Source: an uncultured Candidatus Binatia bacterium (lineage in GTDB: Bacteria; Desulfobacterota; Binatia; UBA9968; JAJDTQ01). Taken from it: 64,000 nt of DNA. The notes beneath the pieces were generated by a model, which saw only the letters and a program-made list of their open reading frames with translations, ran no database searches and was not told the DNA's origin. The DNA is taken from contig OZ243916.1 of the NCBI GenBank assembly GCA_965213675.1, positions 512,001 to 576,000 of the forward strand, given 5' to 3'. The position numbers were made by a program, and so were the translations under genes. Shown piece after piece: positions 59,232-64,000 of the stretch. Positions within the stretch are counted from its first letter, which is position 1, and the number at the start of each line of letters is the position of its first letter.

Positions 59232-60215
59232 TCAAATTCGAAAGGTGCGGTGCGTGCTCGCGGCGAACAGTTCCTCGATGGCCATGCTGTGCTCGATCAT
59301 CCCCTGTTCGCCCATGTAACGTACGAATGTTTCGAGGGTCTTGCGGTTGGATTCCACACCGTAGGGCCAGAAATCCTCGCCCATGGCCTCCACGGTCCGG
59401 TAGGCGTGCTCGGTGAGGAAGGGCAGCGTCAGTGGGAGGGCGCTGGTCTGGGTAAGGTCGGCCACGGCCAGGTCCTTGGCCTCGGAAAAGGCCTTCATCA
59501 GGGTAGCGGCGACCCAGGGATGCTCGTCGAGAATCTCCCGCCGGATCGACACCGTGTGCATGATGGGGAAGATCCGGGTGCGGTTGAAGTAGTCCCGCTC
59601 CACCTTCCAGGGTTCCGGGAAGAGCCGCCGTACCGTGGCACCGGCAGGGTCGAAGGTGGAGGGCGTCCGGGCCGTGATCAACGCCTGGATCTCGCCGTCG
59701 GCCAGCATTTGCGCCAGGGAGCGGTCCGGCGGCGCGAAGCCGAGGCTGATGCCCGCCGGTTCCACCGGCTCGAAGGGGATCCGGCCGGGGTCTTCCAGGC
59801 CGCCCTGGATCCATTCGACGTCCCCGGCCCGGACGCCGTAGTCGTCTGAGAGGATTCCCCGCGCCCACACGGCCGCGGTCATCTGGTACTCCGGCACGCC
59901 GATTTGCTTGCCCTTGAGGTCCTCCGGGCCGTCTATGCCCGAACCGCCGTGAACGAAGATGCAGGACTGGCGGAAGAACCGCGACGGGAATACCGGAATC
60001 GCCATCAGGTCGTCGACGCCGCGCCCCCGGCGCACCACGTAGCCCCCCAGGGAGGTCTCGGCCACGTCGAACTCGCGGTATTGCATCATGCGCCAGAAGG
60101 TCTCCTCCACCTTCAGCGTCAGGCAGTTGAGCCGGATGCCGTCGGGCCGCACGCGGCCGTCCCGCAGGGCTTCGGTCCGGTCATAGTGGCCGCACGCCAG
60201 AGTCAGGTTCAGCAT
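59232..60215 (-). CDS. 4,5-dihydroxyphthalate decarboxylase-like (PBP-fold) protein
   Basis: LACGHYDRT, PVFPSRFFRQS, GVPEYQMTAAVWARG, IFPIMH, DFWPYG. Confidence 0.85.
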   Translation of the reverse strand: MLNLTLACGHYDRTEALRDGRVRPDGIRLNCLTLKVEETFWRMMQYREFDVAETSLGGYVVRRGRGVDDLMAIPVFPSRFFRQSCIFVHGGSGIDGPEDLKGKQIGVPEYQMTAAVWARGILSDDYGVRAGDVEWIQGGLEDPGRIPFEPVEPAGISLGFAPPDRSLAQMLADGEIQALITARTPSTFDPAGATVRRLFPEPWKVERDYFNRTRIFPIMHTVSIRREILDEHPWVAATLMKAFSEAKDLAVADLTQTSALPLTLPFLTEHAYRTVEAMGEDFWPYGVESNRKTLETFVRYMGEQGMIEHSMAIEELFAASTHRTFRI

Positions 60216-60331
60216 GATGTCTCCCGGGGTCCGACCTTCCCTGAGGCAGTTGAATCAGTTGACAGGGTTCCGGCAGATTAGCTAATGCTGAAACAGTTTT
60301 CCAGACAGGACACGAACCTTGGGGGGTTGCC

Positions 60332-61120
60332 ATGAGTGATGCGCCGGTGCCGGTCAAGAGATGCCTGATCCGGACCATGTCCGACACCATCGAGACGGAC
60401 ATCCATCGGGTCCACGTCATCGCCAACGAGATCCTCCCGCGCTACCACAAGCCCAAGCTGTCCTTCGAGGAGCTGCGCAAGGTGGCGGACGGGCCGTTCG
60501 ATTTCTTCCTGGCGCCGATCCTTTTCGCGGAAGACTACGCGCGCGACCCGAACATCATCTACAACGAGGGGGTCCGCCGCGAGATCCGCGGCCACGCGCT
60601 GGAGATCGCCCGCCGCCACGGCTTCGACGTCGACCCGCCGGACTTCATCCCCGGCGTCGAGGAGTCCCTGAAGCAGGCCCGGGCCGCGGGCCTGAGCAAC
60701 ATGGTGCTCACCACCAGCGGCCGCCGCTACAAGCACCGGGTCATGGAGGAGCACGGCATCAGCGAGTACTTCGAGGAGATCATCGACCGCGACGAGACCT
60801 ACTTCCGCAAGGAGCAGGGAATCTACCACCTGTTCCGGAAGCTCAACCGGAATCTCGAAGTGATCCTCCTGTCCGGAACCGCCACCTACCTGCGGGCGGG
60901 CAACAACCTGGAATTCGCCCAGGTGGCCGGCAGCGACCTCTCGGTGTTCACCGTGGCCCTGGCCACGGAGCACTCCTACAACGACGAGGAAACACTGGCC
61001 GCGGCCAGGCCGAAGCTTCTCATCCGGAGCCTTGACGAGTTGTTCCCGAAGCTGCGCGAGGCCGGCGTCCTGGCCCCGGAAGGGGCCGCCCACCGCCCGG
61101 CTGCGTCCACCGCGGCATAG
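60332..61120 (+). CDS. HAD-fold-like hypothetical protein lacking catalytic Asp motifs
   Basis: IPGVEESLKQ, VLTTS, GISEYFEEII, LAAARPKLLIRSLDEL; motif I reads RTMSDT. Confidence 0.6.
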   Translation: MSDAPVPVKRCLIRTMSDTIETDIHRVHVIANEILPRYHKPKLSFEELRKVADGPFDFFLAPILFAEDYARDPNIIYNEGVRREIRGHALEIARRHGFDVDPPDFIPGVEESLKQARAAGLSNMVLTTSGRRYKHRVMEEHGISEYFEEIIDRDETYFRKEQGIYHLFRKLNRNLEVILLSGTATYLRAGNNLEFAQVAGSDLSVFTVALATEHSYNDEETLAAARPKLLIRSLDELFPKLREAGVLAPEGAAHRPAASTAA

Positions 61121-61141
61121 GGCACGGCCGCCCGCCCGGCG

Positions 61142-61939
61142 TCAGCTCCGCGACCACTTGGTCTTCGGAATCTCCAACCGTTCGCCGTCCACGTGGATGG
61201 CGTCGACGCGCTCGTTGAAGAAGCACATCAGGTCCTTGATCCTGGGACACTCGGCGATGGTTTCCTCGTAGCTCCAGACCGTGTCCTCGAAGGGCGTGCC
61301 GTTTACGTTGGCGGACCAATAGCGGGCCGTGCCCTTGTAGGGACAACGCGACCTGGTGTCGCTGGGTTCCAGCAGGTCCATGCGCACGTCTTCCCGCGGC
61401 AGGTAATAGCGGATCAGGTGGCCGGTCTCGAGCACCAGCCGGGGCTGCCGCGAATCCGCCACCACCTCGCCGCCCAAGGTCACCTGCACCTGGCGTGAGC
61501 TCTTGAGCACGTCCACGCGCTTGTACGGGTCCCGGGCATGGACGAAGATCTCGTCCTCCTCCTCGTACCAGCCGTCCATCCGGTTCCAGTAGAAGGAGAG
61601 GTATCCCGCGATGTCACGGGACTGCGCCAGGGGGTCGGGGTAGCTCCAGGCCGCCGATTCGGCCGTCTTGCCCCCCGCGGCCACGTCCCAGTAGCAAGCC
61701 TCCCCCTTGACGGGGCAGCGGGTATGGTGGTCGTTGGGCGTCAGGCACTCCATGCGGACGTCTTCTGGCGGGAAATAGTAGACCGGGACGTGCCCCGCTT
61801 CCCGCAGAAGCATGGCCCGTTTCGTGTCGACGAGGGTCTCCCCGCCGAACTTCACCCGAACGCGCCGAGGGCTTTCCTCGAAGTCGAGCCAGTGCTCGGA
61901 GTGCTCGCCGTAGCTCCGCGGTTTGTGTACCGTTTCCAT
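61142..61939 (-). CDS. Tandem DUF427 (NTP_transf_9) protein
   Basis: Two repeats of YYxPxEDVRM..TRCP(V/Y)KGxAxYW..AWSY. Confidence 0.9.
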   Translation of the reverse strand: METVHKPRSYGEHSEHWLDFEESPRRVRVKFGGETLVDTKRAMLLREAGHVPVYYFPPEDVRMECLTPNDHHTRCPVKGEACYWDVAAGGKTAESAAWSYPDPLAQSRDIAGYLSFYWNRMDGWYEEEDEIFVHARDPYKRVDVLKSSRQVQVTLGGEVVADSRQPRLVLETGHLIRYYLPREDVRMDLLEPSDTRSRCPYKGTARYWSANVNGTPFEDTVWSYEETIAECPRIKDLMCFFNERVDAIHVDGERLEIPKTKWSRS

Positions 61940-62101
61940 GGGTTCCTCCGTTCGGGTTTCATGCAGGCGTCCCGCTCCCGGGACATGCGGATTCTGCTCA
62001 TGCAAGAGATGGGGTGTCAAGACGGGCCGGTTCCGCGGTTTGGCACGGGCCACCCCGCGTTGTAGAACATCCGGGAACACCCCACGGGAGGAAACGGACC
62101 C

Positions 62102-62569
62102 ATGAAACACAAGCCCGGTGACAAGGCGCCGGATTTCCGGTTGATGGACCAGCACGGCAATTCCCACAAGCTCTCCGGCTACAAGGGGAAGTGGGTGCTG
62201 CTGTTCTTCTACCCCAAGGACGCCACCCCCGGCTGAACGATGGAGGCCCGTAGTATACGGGACCACATAGCCGAGTTCGACAAGGCCGAGGCCATCGTCC
62301 TGGGAGTCAGCATCGATCCGGTCAAGAGCCACGCCAGGTTCGCCGAGAAGCACCAGCTTCCGTTCACGTTGCTGGCGGACGAGGAAAAGGAGGTGGTGAG
62401 GCTGTACGACGTATGGGGGCTCAAGAAGTTCATGGGTAGGGAATACGAGGGCACGTACCGGATGTCGTTTCTCATCGATCCCAAGGGCAAGATCGCCAGG
62501 ATTTACGAGAAGGTGAAACCCGGGCAGCACGCGCAAGAGGTGCTCGATGACCTGGCGGAGCTGGCTTAG
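62102..62569 (+). CDS. bcp: BCP/PrxQ peroxiredoxin, probable selenoprotein (in-frame UGA at codon 45)
   Basis: MKHKPGDKAPDF...FFYPKDATPG-TGA(62234-62236)-TMEA continues in frame with GVSID, LLAD, RMSFLIDPKGKI; the TGA is at the peroxidatic Cys position. Confidence 0.9.
62245..62264 (+). promoter_or_regulatory. Candidate bacterial SECIS element
   Basis: GG-CCCGT-AGTAT-ACGGG-A-CC hairpin; loop starts about 16 nt after the UGA with G at loop position 2. Confidence 0.7.
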
Positions 62570-62631
62570 GGTTTCCCGGACATCGGCCGGGCCGCCGAAC
62601 GCGGGGGTCGGAACCGGGTCGGGATGAGCCC

Positions 62632-63120
62632 GTGACCGACACACGGCAGGGGGATGAGGCGTTCATGGCGCGGGCGCTGGCCGAGGCCGAGGCCGCGAGC
62701 CGGGAGGCGGAGGTGCCCGTCGGGGCGGTGGTCGTGTCCGGCGGCTCGGTGGTCGGCCAGGGACACAACCTGCGCGAGGCCCTGGGAGATCCGACGAGCC
62801 ACGCCGAGATCCTGGCCATCAGGGAGGCGGCCCGGGAACGCGGGTCCTGGCGCCTGGATGACTGCACGCTGTACGTGACCCTTGAGCCCTGCGTCATGTG
62901 CGCGGGCGCCATCGTCCAGGCCCGCATCGAGCGCCTGGTGTTCGGCTGCCCGGACCCCAAGGGTGGCGCGGTGAGGTCGCTCTACCGGGTTTGCGACGAC
63001 CCGCGCCTCAACCACCGCGTGGCCGTTACCGAAGGTGTCCTGGCGGACCGGTGCGCAGGCCTGCTCAAGCGGTTCTTCGCGGGCCTGCGGGGTTCCGATG
63101 CAGGCGGTGGGAGCGGATGA
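62632..63120 (+). CDS. tadA: tRNA adenosine(34) deaminase
   Basis: EVPVGAV, DPTSHAE, LYVTLEPCVMCAGA, DPKGGA, RLNH. Confidence 0.95.
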   Translation: MTDTRQGDEAFMARALAEAEAASREAEVPVGAVVVSGGSVVGQGHNLREALGDPTSHAEILAIREAARERGSWRLDDCTLYVTLEPCVMCAGAIVQARIERLVFGCPDPKGGAVRSLYRVCDDPRLNHRVAVTEGVLADRCAGLLKRFFAGLRGSDAGGGSG

Positions 63121-63127
63121 CGTCGTT

Positions 63128-64000
63128 ATGGATGCCAGCGCGAAATACTTGAGCGCCTACGCCGCCGCCCTGGACTACCGGGACCTCCCTCCCGACACGA
63201 TCCACGAGGCCCGCCGCCGGATCCTCGATTCGGTGGGTTGCGCGTTGGGGGCCTACGCTGCCGAGCCGTGCCGCATCGCCCGGGAACTGGCGCCCGCCGT
63301 CCACGGCGGGGCGGCGGCGCGGATCCTGGGAACCGGACGGGTCACCCCGCCGGACATGGCCGCCTTCGCCAACACCGCCATGATCCGCTACCTGGACTGC
63401 AACGACAGCTTCGTGTCGCCGGGCGGAGGGCATCCCAGCGACATGCTGCCCGCGGTGCTGGCCGCGGCCGAGGCTGCCGGCGCGTCCGGGCGCGCGGCGA
63501 TCACCGCGCTGGTGCTAGCCTACGAGATCTACGGACAGTTCGCCGAGCGCGTCGCCACCCGCGAGAAGGGGTGGGACCAGGGACTCTTCATCGGTCCGGC
63601 GAGCGCCTGTGCCGCGGGCAAGGTCCTGGCGCTGCCGGAGGACCGGCTCGCCCACGCCATGTCCATGACGGCGGTGTCCCAGGTGCCGCTGGGTCAGACC
63701 CGGGTGGGCGAGCTGTCCATGTGGAAGGGCTGCGCCACCGCCATGGCCGTCCGCAACGGCGTCTTCGCCGCGCTCCTCGCCGGTGCCGGCATGGAGGGGC
63801 CGCCCGAACCCTTCGAAGGACGCTACGGCTTGTTCGACCAGGTGACCGGAGCCCTGCAGCTCGACGGTTTCGGCGATGCCGGGGCGGGCGTCCGGTTCAA
63901 GCTCAGCGACACCAGCATCAAGTATTTCCCGGTGCAGATCCACACCCAGGCCGGCGCGGCCATGGCGCTGGAGCTGAGGGACGAGTTCCACCTGGACGAC
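63128..64000 (+). CDS. MmgE/PrpD family protein (runs off the window)
   Basis: RRILDSVGCALGA, AAFANTAMIRYLDCND, GHPSD, ELSMWKG, FEGRYG, KYFP; absent from the ORF track because no stop lies in the window. Confidence 0.9.
   Translation, partial: MDASAKYLSAYAAALDYRDLPPDTIHEARRRILDSVGCALGAYAAEPCRIARELAPAVHGGAAARILGTGRVTPPDMAAFANTAMIRYLDCNDSFVSPGGGHPSDMLPAVLAAAEAAGASGRAAITALVLAYEIYGQFAERVATREKGWDQGLFIGPASACAAGKVLALPEDRLAHAMSMTAVSQVPLGQTRVGELSMWKGCATAMAVRNGVFAALLAGAGMEGPPEPFEGRYGLFDQVTGALQLDGFGDAGAGVRFKLSDTSIKYFPVQIHTQAGAAMALELRDEFHLDD

Noticed and set aside
62240-62569. 109-aa track ORF as a stand-alone gene, or bcp as a pseudogene
   Set aside because: The upstream 44 codons are an intact in-frame BCP N-terminus with an RBS, and the only interruption is TGA at the catalytic Cys followed by a SECIS-like hairpin

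Overview
High-GC bacterial chromosomal window with about 65 CDSs, one tRNA-Ser(GGA), no rRNA and no CRISPR array. The gene mix resembles a deltaproteobacteria-like or Binatia-type organism, but this is inference only. Housekeeping genes include the lgt 3' end, rlmD, mlaEFD, a tRNA m6A37 methylase, dciA, class II RNR nrdJ, pgpA, an rpoH-like sigma factor, trmL, dtd, trmI, tadA and ravA-viaA. They are interleaved with many catabolic paralogs: 4 amidohydrolases, 2 LLM flavin oxidoreductases, 3 maleate-isomerase/AMDase-fold proteins, 2 dihydroxyphthalate-decarboxylase-like proteins and coxGMS. A decayed accessory island (about 33.9-38.8 kb) holds nnrS remnants, a MITE, a deleted IS5, a HigBA-like TA with a frameshifted toxin, a GmrSD/DUF262 pseudogene and a NYN RNase. 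Highlights not shown by the ORF track: (1) a BCP peroxiredoxin whose peroxidatic Cys codon is an in-frame UGA followed by a SECIS-like hairpin (probable selenoprotein, 62102-62569); (2) a ~160-bp palindromic MITE in three full copies plus solo ends, one splitting an nnrS gene; (3) a hairpin-plus-terminator RNA leader directly ahead of the NYN nuclease (candidate RNA-antitoxin or attenuator system); (4) a dciA/nrdJ divergent promoter with two NrdR boxes and three phased DnaA boxes; (5) cysteine-free racemase-fold paralogs; (6) several TA loci where the toxin has decayed and the antitoxin ORF survives. All product calls come from motif recognition, not database searches.
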